Below are positions 18,216-28,745 of a DNA stretch of 32,283 nt, piece by piece. This DNA comes from an uncultured Acidimicrobiaceae bacterium (lineage in GTDB: Bacteria; Actinomycetota; Acidimicrobiia; Acidimicrobiales; Bog-793). The stretch lies in NCBI GenBank assembly GCA_903907185.1, contig CAIVND010000243.1, forward strand, positions 1 to 32,283. The letters are read 5' to 3'. The number at the start of each line of letters is the position of its first letter. Positions within the stretch are counted from its first letter, which is position 1. The notes below the pieces were generated by a model. It had not been told where the DNA came from. It did not search any database and was given only the letters and a program-made list of their open reading frames with translations. The position numbers and the translations under genes are program-made.

Positions 18216-20648
18216 TCAGGCTAGGGGCCTTGTCCGCCTTCGCTCAACGATCCAAACAAGACAAAGCCCCAAGATCGAGATCATGAGGAGGACAAGACTC
18301 GCAAGGAACTTACTGGGAAGATAGGAAAGATCGAGCTGTGCATGTCCTGATCGAAGCGCAGATGACGGTACGTGCACAATCAGGTCGTTCGTCGGTCCTC
18401 GAGTGACCTCGACTTTGGTTCCATCAACACTTGCCTGCCATCCGGGAACATCGGTGATATGTGCGACAAGTTCGGTCGCTCCTCGTCCGACGAGCGTCGC
18501 GGTGACCGTTCGGTTCGATGGTGTTGCAATGTCAGTCACGTTGGCACCCACGAGACGCATGATCTTTGCACTTTCCGGTACTCGGTAGAGATCGATCGTC
18601 GTCCCGTTGTTGGTGAGCGTGGAGACCTTCCTCATTCCCTGAGGCGGCCGCACACTGCGAGGTACGAGGACATAGGAGACTCCGTAGGCGCGAGCGAGAG
18701 CGACTGAGTTGACCGAAGGATTGAACAGATTTGTCGCGGCGATCAGTTGTCCGGCGTTTGCAACGGGCCAATCGGCAAAGGTCGCCTTCGGAATGATTGG
18801 GTCATGCAGGCCGAGTTCGTCAATGCCGTAGCCGATATTGATGTTGGGATAGAGATCGATGCCGGTCGGTTGACGGACTCCGCAGGCTGCCGTAACGATC
18901 GCGGGACAGGTGACATTTGGTCCGTCCTGGGCTACCAGATCGCCGTGTGTCGCTTTAGCCAGCTGGTTGATCGCCTGCGTCTTCGGAAAGTAGGTCCGCG
19001 AAAAGGTATTGACTCCAGCACCAGCAAAGATCAAGGAACCCGCCTGGACGGCAAGGAGACCGATAGGGATCACCGGCGAGATCCATCTCGGGAGTGGGTG
19101 ATTGAGCGACTGGCCTCCCTCGACAATTAACGCTCTTCTTTTCCGGTTGACCCACACCGAACCAATGGCAATGGTCAGCAGAGCGAGCAAAATCGCGCTC
19201 GGCCCATAGAGACTTGTCCGACGGATCGACTCGCATACCGAACCACCAAGCGCTGCACCACCGGGCGAGGGAGTTGCACAGGAGCTCAACGCCGCCTGTG
19301 GAACAGTCGACCACATATAGACAATGACAACGCCCACGAGGACTGTACTGAGTAGTAAAGCCGGACCAACTACCCGACCACGGCGCGCTCGCATGATTTC
19401 GTTCAAACCAAAGGCTGCGAGTAAAGCAAGCACAAAGGCGAGGATCGGCAACAGGCGATGCGTGGCGATCGACCCCAAACCAACTCCTCGGATGAGGCGT
19501 TGAACTGGCGTATGTGTCCCCGCTTGATAGATCACCAACAGCTGCGCGACACCAGTGAGCGCGAGTGCAATGACGACCGGATGACGATGTCTTCTCCTAA
19601 TCGCCAAACAAATGACCGCGACGCCCGCGAGCACGACAGCAATGACGCCGATATATGCGGCAGACTCAAAATAATTGGTATGTCCGAGAAAAAATGCGCT
19701 CCCCTGCGTTGGGAGGCCGTCGTATCCTTGAGCAAGCGCAAGCAGGATCCCATGAATGGGTATCCCCTGTGCGGCATAGGTGCCAGCCCGAACCGAAGCC
19801 CGAATAACTTCGAGTCCGGGAAGCCAAAGTGGCGCACTTAGACCGAGGCCAAACAGGCAACCAGCCAGTATGAGTAGCACTGGTCGCACCGACAGCGACC
19901 TTCGAGAGACCCCAAGCACGACTGCGATCACGCCAAGGATCAGTATGAAAGTTCCTGCTTGAAGGATATATCCCTCGGGAAAGCCACCGTAGATTGCAAA
20001 GGCAACCGAGACTGCAAGCACGCTGACCGGCGCAATAACCGACTTCGCCCGGTAGCAAAGTACTAATGCCCCGAAGATGACACCCGTCCAACAGACGACG
20101 CCGCTGATCGACCAACCGAGCCAGTTTGCAAATGATCCGGAGAGCATGAAGGTCACGCCAGCAAAGGTCGACGGAATGACACGGAGGCGTAGCAGACGAG
20201 CACACCAATAGGTACCGAGTCCTGCAATGAGCAGCTTCACCAATACGGTAACCGTGAAGGAGATCGAGAGTGGAACAAGATATCCAACAAGGCTTGGAAG
20301 CGCGAGAACCGCTGATTCAAAGTTCAAGAATTGGGGCAAACCATTCCCTGAATAGCTATTCCAAAGTGGAAACTGGCCATGATGTATGAGGTTGTAGTTC
20401 AACGTGTTCCAAGCAACGCCCTGGTCGATGATGTCGCCGTTGATGTTGTTATGGACTTGATTGTGCGCAACTGAGGTGAGGACCGAAAGTCCTCGGCCAA
20501 GGTCTGCGGGGCCAAAACCGAATCCACTCGAAACCGCTGGGGCAAGATAGCAAAACGCACAAAATCCGATGAAACCCACGGCAAGGAGGTCGCCTCGATG
20601 GCTCTTGGTGAGATACGAAGCGATGCGTGAGCGAAGGTTGTTGATCAC
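18216..20648 (-). CDS. Large polytopic membrane protein, YfhO-like GT-C glycosyltransferase candidate
   Basis: The protein is 810 aa. Its N-terminal region, NGDIIDQGVAWNTLNYNLIHHGQFPLWNSYSGNGLPQFLNFESAVLALPSL, parallels the D..QY ... lfYsfs..lGg.m.g ... LSPFNL region of Bacillus YfhO as I remember it. Many helices follow, then a large extracytoplasmic domain and a final C-terminal TM helix (FLASLVLLMISILGLCLVWIV), which is the YfhO architecture. The start is GTG and the RBS is weak. Confidence 0.5.
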   Translation of the reverse strand: MINNLRSRIASYLTKSHRGDLLAVGFIGFCAFCYLAPAVSSGFGFGPADLGRGLSVLTSVAHNQVHNNINGDIIDQGVAWNTLNYNLIHHGQFPLWNSYSGNGLPQFLNFESAVLALPSLVGYLVPLSISFTVTVLVKLLIAGLGTYWCARLLRLRVIPSTFAGVTFMLSGSFANWLGWSISGVVCWTGVIFGALVLCYRAKSVIAPVSVLAVSVAFAIYGGFPEGYILQAGTFILILGVIAVVLGVSRRSLSVRPVLLILAGCLFGLGLSAPLWLPGLEVIRASVRAGTYAAQGIPIHGILLALAQGYDGLPTQGSAFFLGHTNYFESAAYIGVIAVVLAGVAVICLAIRRRHRHPVVIALALTGVAQLLVIYQAGTHTPVQRLIRGVGLGSIATHRLLPILAFVLALLAAFGLNEIMRARRGRVVGPALLLSTVLVGVVIVYMWSTVPQAALSSCATPSPGGAALGGSVCESIRRTSLYGPSAILLALLTIAIGSVWVNRKRRALIVEGGQSLNHPLPRWISPVIPIGLLAVQAGSLIFAGAGVNTFSRTYFPKTQAINQLAKATHGDLVAQDGPNVTCPAIVTAACGVRQPTGIDLYPNINIGYGIDELGLHDPIIPKATFADWPVANAGQLIAATNLFNPSVNSVALARAYGVSYVLVPRSVRPPQGMRKVSTLTNNGTTIDLYRVPESAKIMRLVGANVTDIATPSNRTVTATLVGRGATELVAHITDVPGWQASVDGTKVEVTRGPTNDLIVHVPSSALRSGHAQLDLSYLPSKFLASLVLLMISILGLCLVWIVERRRTRPLA

Positions 20649-20697
20649 TGACGGTGAATCACGACGTTGAAGTTATGCGGGGTACGTCCATCCTGAT

Positions 20698-21816
20698 TCA
20701 GCTAGAGCGACCAGAACCGAGCACGATCTCTGCCTTGTGAAACTCACGGATCGATGCATACCCGCAAAGTGCCATTGCCGCTCGAAGTGCTCCCGACAGA
20801 TCGGTCGAACCGTCGGCGAAGTGCGCCGGTCCGGTCAAAATCTCCTCGAGTGATGCGTGTTGTTCAACAACAACGGGCAGACCTCGAGGAAGACTCTGGT
20901 TCGAGGCATCAGGACCAAAATGAACACCCTGTCCGGGCGCTTCGATCGCTCGCGCGAGGGGAGCCCCCATCATGATGGCGTCGGCCCCACAGGCAATCGC
21001 CTTTGCGATATCACCGCCTCGACGCGTTCCACCTTGGCCAATGACCTGGACATAGACACCGGTCTCCTCGAGATGCTGACTTCGAGCGCCGGCAGCATCA
21101 GCAAGTGCCGTGGCCTGGGGAGCGCCAATTCCAAGGACGGAACGAGTTGCCGACGAGACTCCCTCACCTACACCGACCAAGACGCCAACTGCCCCAGTTC
21201 GCATGAGATGAAGGGCGGCCTGAAATGATGCACAGCCGCCGACCACTACAGGAATATCAAGCTCTCGGATAAAGCTCTTGAGATTGAGAGGCTCTCCCCC
21301 CTTAGCAACGTGTTCGGCTGAGACCACTGTTCCCATGATGACAAGGACGTTGAGTCCTGCCGCCATGAACGTTGGGGCATAGCGTGCCGCATGTTGAGGT
21401 GTCACCGATCCACAGGTAATAGCTCCAGAGGCCGCTATCTGCTCAATTCGGGCGGTAATCAGCTCGGGTTTGATCGGTTCGGCGTAGATCTCTTGGATCC
21501 TCTTTGTCGCACCGATGCCCTTCAGCGCGGCAATCTCTTTGAGTAACGGCATCGGATCCTCATAACGAGTCCAAAGTCCCTCAAGATTGAGCGTTGCCAA
21601 AGCCCCAAGCTGATCGATTGCAATCGCCGTCGAAGGGCTAACAACCGTGTCAGCAGGAGCGGCAATGATGGGCAGATCAAAGTCGAAAGCGTCGAGACGC
21701 CAGGAGATATTGACATCCTCGGGATCACGAGTGCGACGGGACGGGACGATAGATATCTCGTCAAGTCCAAATCCACGTCGGGCAGACTTCCCGCTCCCGA
21801 TCTCGATCTCAGCCAC
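20698..21816 (-). CDS. guaB3: GuaB3-type IMP dehydrogenase-related protein (no CBS pair, no catalytic Cys)
   Basis: The track ORF extends to 21837. I prefer the GTG at 21816 (VAEIEIGSGKSARRGFGLDEISIVPSRRTRDPEDV), preceded by AAGGGAG. This N-terminus parallels mycobacterial GuaB3 (MVEIGMGRTARR...SEISIVPSRRTR). The position equivalent to the IMPDH catalytic loop (G-S-I-C-T-T) reads GEGVSSATRS, without Cys. Confidence 0.85.
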   Translation of the reverse strand: MAEIEIGSGKSARRGFGLDEISIVPSRRTRDPEDVNISWRLDAFDFDLPIIAAPADTVVSPSTAIAIDQLGALATLNLEGLWTRYEDPMPLLKEIAALKGIGATKRIQEIYAEPIKPELITARIEQIAASGAITCGSVTPQHAARYAPTFMAAGLNVLVIMGTVVSAEHVAKGGEPLNLKSFIRELDIPVVVGGCASFQAALHLMRTGAVGVLVGVGEGVSSATRSVLGIGAPQATALADAAGARSQHLEETGVYVQVIGQGGTRRGGDIAKAIACGADAIMMGAPLARAIEAPGQGVHFGPDASNQSLPRGLPVVVEQHASLEEILTGPAHFADGSTDLSGALRAAMALCGYASIREFHKAEIVLGSGRSS

Positions 21817-21869
21817 GACGTCTCCCTTGCCTTGCACATACGTGAGGTGCCCCGTTCACGTTACTCGCC

Positions 21870-23531
21870 TCAATCAATTGGACTCTGATCAATTTGGGAG
21901 GGGACATATTCGATGGAAGGCCTGGTCGAGCGGTGCTGGCCATCTTGGCCGCCGAGCGCCGCGTAGATCAGGAGATAGGCAATGCCAAGGACCACACATT
22001 CGATGATTACCGCTCCAAGCACCCCAATCACGGGTGGCGCCCATGATGAATGAATGAGGAAGGAGAATCGCGGTCCGCCTCCACCAACGCTGTAGCGACG
22101 GAGCACCCAAAAAAGGGCTAATACCTGTGCAACATAGGCAAGCACCAAAGCGACCCCCGCGCAACGTCGAGCAAAGTGTTGGACACGTTCACTCTCGAGG
22201 ATCGATGCGCAGAGTATCGGAAGGCCGACGGCAAACGGAAGTGTGTCGCGTCCCGACCAAACGTAGCCAATATGGCGAACCTGGGATGAGGAGATCAGAA
22301 CAGGAAGGAAGATAATACCGAAGGCAACGGCAACAAGTACCAGCCGTCGACGGAGGTCTCCCGCAAAGAGTCCGAGGAGAAATAGTGCCCCTCCAAGCAG
22401 GTACCAGATGACATAGGTGGTGTGTAGTGCGTAGGTATCAAATGCACCAAAGACACCGATCATTCCTGGCAGATAGTAGATGTTGTGGTGAAAAGACGTT
22501 CGCAGGATCGTAAGTTCGGATGTACCTGGAGGAGGTATGAGCTTTTGCGCGTTCGCTGAGCCGACATTCAAGGCAGTCGAATGTTCATAGACAATCCAAA
22601 AAAGATCAGCCGCGGTGACAACAATCACAAGACCGATTGCGATCTGGATATCACGCCGAAGGACGAGCGTGCGGATCCTCTGCCAATTCGAACAGAGGGC
22701 GATTGCGATTACGGCTAATCCCATCCACAGTGGCGAGAGACTACGCGTGGACACAAAGATGAGGGAAGAAACGAGACCAATACCGATGAGCGATCGTGGT
22801 GGTTCAGAAGTCTCACGGAGCAAGATCGTCATGATCGTCCAAAAACACACAGCACTCGCAACCTCAAGCCCGTTGGCATTCACCACCCCCGAGAGATAGA
22901 TCACCATTGGGGTTGCAGCGACAGCAACGCCAAAGAGAAGAAGTCGGTTGCTTGAATATCGAATAATCGAGAACAGCGCGGCACTAAGTAGGAGCGCCGA
23001 GGCAGCAGCACTGAATAGCCGCATCAGATACACCGTCCAGAGCCCCGTCCCTAGGAGGGACGGGATGCCAACGATCGCGTAGTAAAGCGGAGGATATCGA
23101 CCGTCATAGATCCACGCATTCCGTACAAGGTTTTGATATTGCGCCGTTGTCGTGTGAGTCAGCTCTTGGTACTGCTTGGGTGTCGGGTTCTCAAAACAGC
23201 TCGCTGGAACAGACGTACGATGCGCGAAGCATCCGACACCATGGAATCTAATTTCCGGTCCACGAAAATAAGCAAAGAACTCGGGAAGTCGGACCTCGGT
23301 GAAGGCCGAACTCTTTGGACAGTAGGCGGATGGATTATTGGGTTTGTCCGGGCAGCTTCCGACGAACTGGCCTCGAGCAACCGCAGCAGCCTTCACGACA
23401 TGCGTGGGCTCATCCGGACCCGACAAGAGTGGTGTTGCGATGCTCCAGATTGCAATCAGGACAAACACGATGACAAAGATGGATCCAAATAACCGCCACC
23501 AGGGAGTGGCCTGCCAACGCCCCCCTTTCAT
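21870..23531 (-). CDS. DUF2142-like polytopic membrane protein (GT-C-type glycosyltransferase candidate)
   Basis: The first extracytoplasmic loop reads PLLSGPDEPTHVVKAAAVARGQF. The pDE..H motif just after TM1 is how I recognise DUF2142. At least 12 helices follow. The track start is TTG at 23558. I prefer the ATG at 23531 because GGAGAG lies 6 nt upstream of it. Confidence 0.55.
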   Translation of the reverse strand: MKGGRWQATPWWRLFGSIFVIVFVLIAIWSIATPLLSGPDEPTHVVKAAAVARGQFVGSCPDKPNNPSAYCPKSSAFTEVRLPEFFAYFRGPEIRFHGVGCFAHRTSVPASCFENPTPKQYQELTHTTTAQYQNLVRNAWIYDGRYPPLYYAIVGIPSLLGTGLWTVYLMRLFSAAASALLLSAALFSIIRYSSNRLLLFGVAVAATPMVIYLSGVVNANGLEVASAVCFWTIMTILLRETSEPPRSLIGIGLVSSLIFVSTRSLSPLWMGLAVIAIALCSNWQRIRTLVLRRDIQIAIGLVIVVTAADLFWIVYEHSTALNVGSANAQKLIPPPGTSELTILRTSFHHNIYYLPGMIGVFGAFDTYALHTTYVIWYLLGGALFLLGLFAGDLRRRLVLVAVAFGIIFLPVLISSSQVRHIGYVWSGRDTLPFAVGLPILCASILESERVQHFARRCAGVALVLAYVAQVLALFWVLRRYSVGGGGPRFSFLIHSSWAPPVIGVLGAVIIECVVLGIAYLLIYAALGGQDGQHRSTRPSIEYVPSQIDQSPID

Positions 23532-23598
23532 TTCCATCTCTCCATTGTTGTCGCTCAATAGGGCCGCAGAGGGCCATCACGGACGATCGAGGCGATTC

Positions 23599-24279
23599 CT
23601 ACCTCTTTGCCAGTACGTCGGTGACTCCAACCAGGAGCTGCCAGATAAAGGCCGCAGTAAGACCCCACACGAGATTGTCTCCGAGTGAAAGCTCGCTTGC
23701 AAAGAAACTGAGCGTGCGGTGGTTGCCATCCAACGCCCAGTCCTCCTGCCAACCCGCTCCTTCCTTGAGTAGCTCGGCCAACGGAACTCGGTGGATCTCA
23801 TGGACCTCACCCGGGCTTGGCTTCATCGATGCAACCGAATCGACGATGCCCAGATAGCCGACGACAGGGATTCCCGATCGAGGTCGCTCAATCGTCCCAA
23901 AACAAGAACGGATTGCGACATGGTGTGGCTCTAGTCCGATCTCTTCGTAAGCCTCGCGCAGCGCAGCATCAACGGGGAGCTCTCCCTCTTCGACGTATCC
24001 TCCCGGGAACGACATCAATCCAGGATCCCGCACCAGGTGCAGCGCTCGGCGGGTGAGCAGAAGTTCGGCTCCGTCATCACCTTCAATCACCCCAATGAGT
24101 ACTGCCGCCTTCGAAGGACCCGAGTCAAGAAGATACGGATCGATGATGGCGAAGGCCTGGGCAACATCATCGAGCGTGACCCTCGATCGCTGAACGTCGG
24201 TCAACGCTGACCACGGTGTCCCCGATAGCAAGACCACATCTTTGGGCCGAGGAATCTTCTGGTGGAAGTGGTCGGTCAT
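23599..24279 (-). CDS. Nudix hydrolase, CoA-pyrophosphatase-like subgroup
   Basis: The Nudix box is GGYVEEGELPVDAALREAYEEIGL. It is preceded by LLLTRRALHLVRDPGLMSFPGG, which resembles the NuCoA motif (LLTxR[SA]...FPGG). I trimmed the track start (24372) to the ATG at 24279, because a terminator hairpin for groEL lies at 24333-24358. Confidence 0.75.
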   Translation of the reverse strand: MTDHFHQKIPRPKDVVLLSGTPWSALTDVQRSRVTLDDVAQAFAIIDPYLLDSGPSKAAVLIGVIEGDDGAELLLTRRALHLVRDPGLMSFPGGYVEEGELPVDAALREAYEEIGLEPHHVAIRSCFGTIERPRSGIPVVGYLGIVDSVASMKPSPGEVHEIHRVPLAELLKEGAGWQEDWALDGNHRTLSFFASELSLGDNLVWGLTAAFIWQLLVGVTDVLAKR

Positions 24280-24287
24280 CAAATGCG

Positions 24288-24293
24288 ACTCTA
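24288..24293 (-). promoter_or_regulatory. Candidate -10 box (TAGAGT, TANNNT class), 8 nt upstream of the Nudix ATG; it would give a leaderless or near-leaderless mRNA
   Basis: The minus strand reads gcTAGAGTcgcatttgATG. There is no Shine-Dalgarno before this ATG, and a terminator lies about 40 nt further upstream. The match is to a single hexamer only. Confidence 0.3.
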
Positions 24294-24332
24294 GCGAGCA
24301 AACTCGATGTCGAGAGAATCGAATTTGAGCGC

Positions 24333-24358
24333 GAAAAAGGGGCCGGACCAGACGGCCC
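24333..24358 (-). terminator. Rho-independent terminator after groEL
   Basis: The minus strand reads GGGCCG-tctggtc-CGGCCC followed by CTTTTTCGC. This is an all-GC 6-bp stem with a 7-nt loop and a T5 run, starting 24 nt after the groEL TAA. Confidence 0.6.
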
Positions 24359-24381
24359 GACCCCTCCTCCAATCGACAGGG

Positions 24382-26306
<1,925 letters not shown>

Positions 26307-26329
26307 TTGAGAGGCCTCCTTCGGCATCT

Positions 26330-26356
26330 TTAGCACTCTGACCTTTGGAGTGCCAA
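26330..26356 (-). promoter_or_regulatory. CIRCE operator 1 (HrcA-binding inverted repeat)
   Basis: TTAGCACTC-tgacctttg-GAGTGCCAA matches the consensus TTAGCACTC-N9-GAGTGCTAA at 17 of 18 arm positions. It lies 24 nt upstream of the groES ATG. Confidence 0.88.
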
Positions 26357-26370
26357 TGTTAGCGAGACGC

Positions 26371-26397
26371 TTGGCACTCGGCAACCTCGAGTGCGTA
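26371..26397 (-). promoter_or_regulatory. CIRCE operator 2 (more degenerate)
   Basis: TTGGCACTC-ggcaacctc-GAGTGCGTA matches the consensus at 15 of 18 arm positions. It lies 14 nt upstream of CIRCE 1. A TATGGT -10-like hexamer (complement of 26411-26416) sits just upstream on the minus strand. Confidence 0.7.
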
Positions 26398-26428
26398 TCA
26401 GGCCAAAATAACCATACTGACCAGCAGT

Positions 26429-27478
26429 TTATTTTGTTGGAAAGGCAAGATTGGGCACCGCACCAAGGCTAATGGGAGAGGGTCCCTCGACCGAAAGCCG
26501 GAAAAAAGCGGCCGCGGCAACCATCGCTGCATTGTCGGTGCACATCGCACGCGAGGGGACAAAGACCTTGCGACCTTGACGGGCTCCCTCGGCGATCATT
26601 GCCTCACGGAGCGCCCCATTTGCAGCAACTCCTCCAGCGATACAGATTCCCCGGGCGTCGGTGAGCTCAGCAGCGACGACTGTCTTTGTTACCAGCACCT
26701 CAATGACCGCACGCTGGAATGCGGCTGCTACTTGAGCGCTCGCAACGGTGGGGTTCGCCTTGACATACTGCACCGCCGCAGTCTTGAGACCGGAGAAAGA
26801 AAAATTGAGGCCCTCATGAAGCATCGGCGGAGTAAAACGAATCTCAGGCATCAATACCGTGTGCGCCGCGTCTTCGATCGCCGGGCCACCGGGGTAACCG
26901 TAGCCAAGGTATCGAGCAACCTTGTCGAAGGCCTCCCCCGCTGCATCGTCGACCGTCGAACCGAGGATGGAGTACTCACCAGGAGCCTGCATCGAGATCA
27001 AGAGCGTATGCCCACCGGAAACGAGGAGAACCACCACGGGAAATTCCATCTCAGGATCTTCGAGAAGCGACGCATAGAGGTGCCCCTCAAGGTGATTGAC
27101 ACCGATGAAGGGCAGATCCCAGGCGAGCGCGAGCGCCTTTGCCGCAGCAACCCCCACAAGGAGCGGCCCGATGAGTCCGGGGCCATAGGTGGCACCAATT
27201 GCACGGATGCCCGGCTCGCCGTTGATGAGCGTTCCGTGAGCAGTACAGCCGGCTTCACTCAGCGCCTCGCGAATCAGTGGCACGATCAATTCGAGGTGTG
27301 CTCGAGACGCGAGCTCGGGGACGACTCCCCCATAGGCACGGTGGAGATCGACTTGACTTGAAACGACCGAAGAGACGATCTGCGTCCCTCCTCGGATGAT
27401 GGCAACCGCGGTCTCATCACACGAACTCTCGATCGCCAACAACAGATCACTAACTCCCAGTGGGCCTTCCATTCTCAT
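26429..27478 (-). CDS. tsaD: tRNA N6-adenosine threonylcarbamoyltransferase (Kae1/Gcp/YgjD family)
   Basis: Motifs: [61 protein letters not shown]. Confidence 0.95.
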   Translation of the reverse strand: MRMEGPLGVSDLLLAIESSCDETAVAIIRGGTQIVSSVVSSQVDLHRAYGGVVPELASRAHLELIVPLIREALSEAGCTAHGTLINGEPGIRAIGATYGPGLIGPLLVGVAAAKALALAWDLPFIGVNHLEGHLYASLLEDPEMEFPVVVLLVSGGHTLLISMQAPGEYSILGSTVDDAAGEAFDKVARYLGYGYPGGPAIEDAAHTVLMPEIRFTPPMLHEGLNFSFSGLKTAAVQYVKANPTVASAQVAAAFQRAVIEVLVTKTVVAAELTDARGICIAGGVAANGALREAMIAEGARQGRKVFVPSRAMCTDNAAMVAAAAFFRLSVEGPSPISLGAVPNLAFPTK

Positions 27479-27480
27479 CG

Positions 27481-28047
27481 TTACGATCCGTTATCCGACA
27501 AAGTGGGGAGGGGCAAGCCCTGAATTTTGAGCTCACTCGCGATGGTTGTCAGACGGGCATTGAACTCGTCGCCTTGAAGGTCATGTGACCACATAATGAG
27601 GGCATCTTCGTGCTCTTCGGCGTAGTAGTTCTTTCTTATCCCTGCTGGCGCAAAACCAAAACGGTGATAAAGCGAGTGCGCACCCTGACTGCTCACGCGA
27701 ACCTCCAAGGTTGCAGCGAGTGCTCCGCGTGATCTCGCAATCATGAGGCTATGAAGCAGGAGAGCCTTTCCGATGCCACGACGTTGCTCGGACTCCTTCA
27801 CGGCGATGGTCGTGATGTGGACCTCATCTACAACCAACATCGCTCCGATGTAACCAATGACTCGTCCGCGCTCGACGAGGCAGAGGTAGATCCTTGTATC
27901 AGGGATCTCAAGCTCAGACCGATAAAGGCTCTTTGACCATGGTGTCGGGAAGACCGATGATTCAATCGACATCACTTCATCGAGGTGTGCTGTGTTCATC
28001 GGTACGACTGCTATCTCATCTCGGTGTGCTCTCTTAAACAATGTCAC
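27481..28047 (-). CDS. rimI: Ribosomal-protein-alanine N-acetyltransferase
   Basis: I prefer the GTG at 28047, which overlaps the tsaB TGA (GTGA) and has AAGGTGGA upstream. Motifs: VVPMNTAHLDEVMSIESSVFPTPWS, TIAVKESEQRRGIGKALL. The position between tsaB and tsaD is the conserved one. Confidence 0.85.
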   Translation of the reverse strand: MTLFKRAHRDEIAVVPMNTAHLDEVMSIESSVFPTPWSKSLYRSELEIPDTRIYLCLVERGRVIGYIGAMLVVDEVHITTIAVKESEQRRGIGKALLLHSLMIARSRGALAATLEVRVSSQGAHSLYHRFGFAPAGIRKNYYAEEHEDALIMWSHDLQGDEFNARLTTIASELKIQGLPLPTLSDNGS

Positions 28048-28745
28048 CTGTTGTCCACCTTGGAAAGATCGCGTGCACTCCAATTGATCTTTGCGTCAGC
28101 CTCGCGGAGGTAGAGCGGAGTGAGCTCGACCGCTGGAACTCCCTCACCCCGTTCCAAGGCGCGTAGCCCCAAAAGCCCAAGTGATCCGGCATCGGGCGAT
28201 CGCTCTTCCTCAACAACTTCCAAAGATCGCTCGGCGATCACTGAGGCAAACACCTCCGCATGACGAGGAACACCATCACCAACAAGGGCCGCTCCGATGA
28301 GTTTGTCATCCGCACGCAACATCTCCGCACATTTCAGTGGCGTTGTGAGATGGAGGTCATTGGGAGCGTCACCGTCTGCATAGACCACCTCAGATCGGCG
28401 AACATCGATGATTGCAACCGTGGGCCGGCCCTGCGGTGCTGCGGCAATAAGCGTGGCAGTCGAGGTACAGCCAACAATTGGAATATCGAGAGCAAATGCG
28501 AGCGTTTTCGCAGTGGAGATTCCGACACGAAGGCCGGTAAAAAGTCCAGGACCAATATCAACGACAATCGCGTCAAGATCAGTCATCGTCACTCCCGACT
28601 GGTTCATGATCTCTCTGATTAGCGGATGGAGGGTTTCTGTCTGCAACCGTCCTGGCAGGACGTTTTTTGACGCGAGGACTCCTGTTTCATCGACGACGCT
28701 CACCCCAACACTGATGGTGGCACTCTCGAGTGCAAGGATCAGCAT
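28044..28745 (-). CDS. tsaB: tRNA threonylcarbamoyladenosine biosynthesis protein TsaB (YeaZ)
   Basis: I trimmed the ORF to the ATG at 28745 (MLILALESATISVGVSVV), which is the usual TsaB N-terminus. Another motif is DIGPGLFTGLRVGISTAK. The start overlaps the tsaE stop by 7 nt (ATGCTGA). Confidence 0.9.
   Translation of the reverse strand: MLILALESATISVGVSVVDETGVLASKNVLPGRLQTETLHPLIREIMNQSGVTMTDLDAIVVDIGPGLFTGLRVGISTAKTLAFALDIPIVGCTSTATLIAAAPQGRPTVAIIDVRRSEVVYADGDAPNDLHLTTPLKCAEMLRADDKLIGAALVGDGVPRHAEVFASVIAERSLEVVEEERSPDAGSLGLLGLRALERGEGVPAVELTPLYLREADAKINWSARDLSKVDNR

Noticed and set aside
5772-23558. Recent horizontal acquisition of the four membrane GT-C-like genes (genomic islets)
   Set aside because: There are no flanking repeats, integrases, tRNA genes or IS remnants. 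The genes carry the same CGATCG/GATC-rich texture as their neighbours, and their junctions are tight operon-style overlaps. I could not compute compositional statistics, so this remains unproven rather than excluded.
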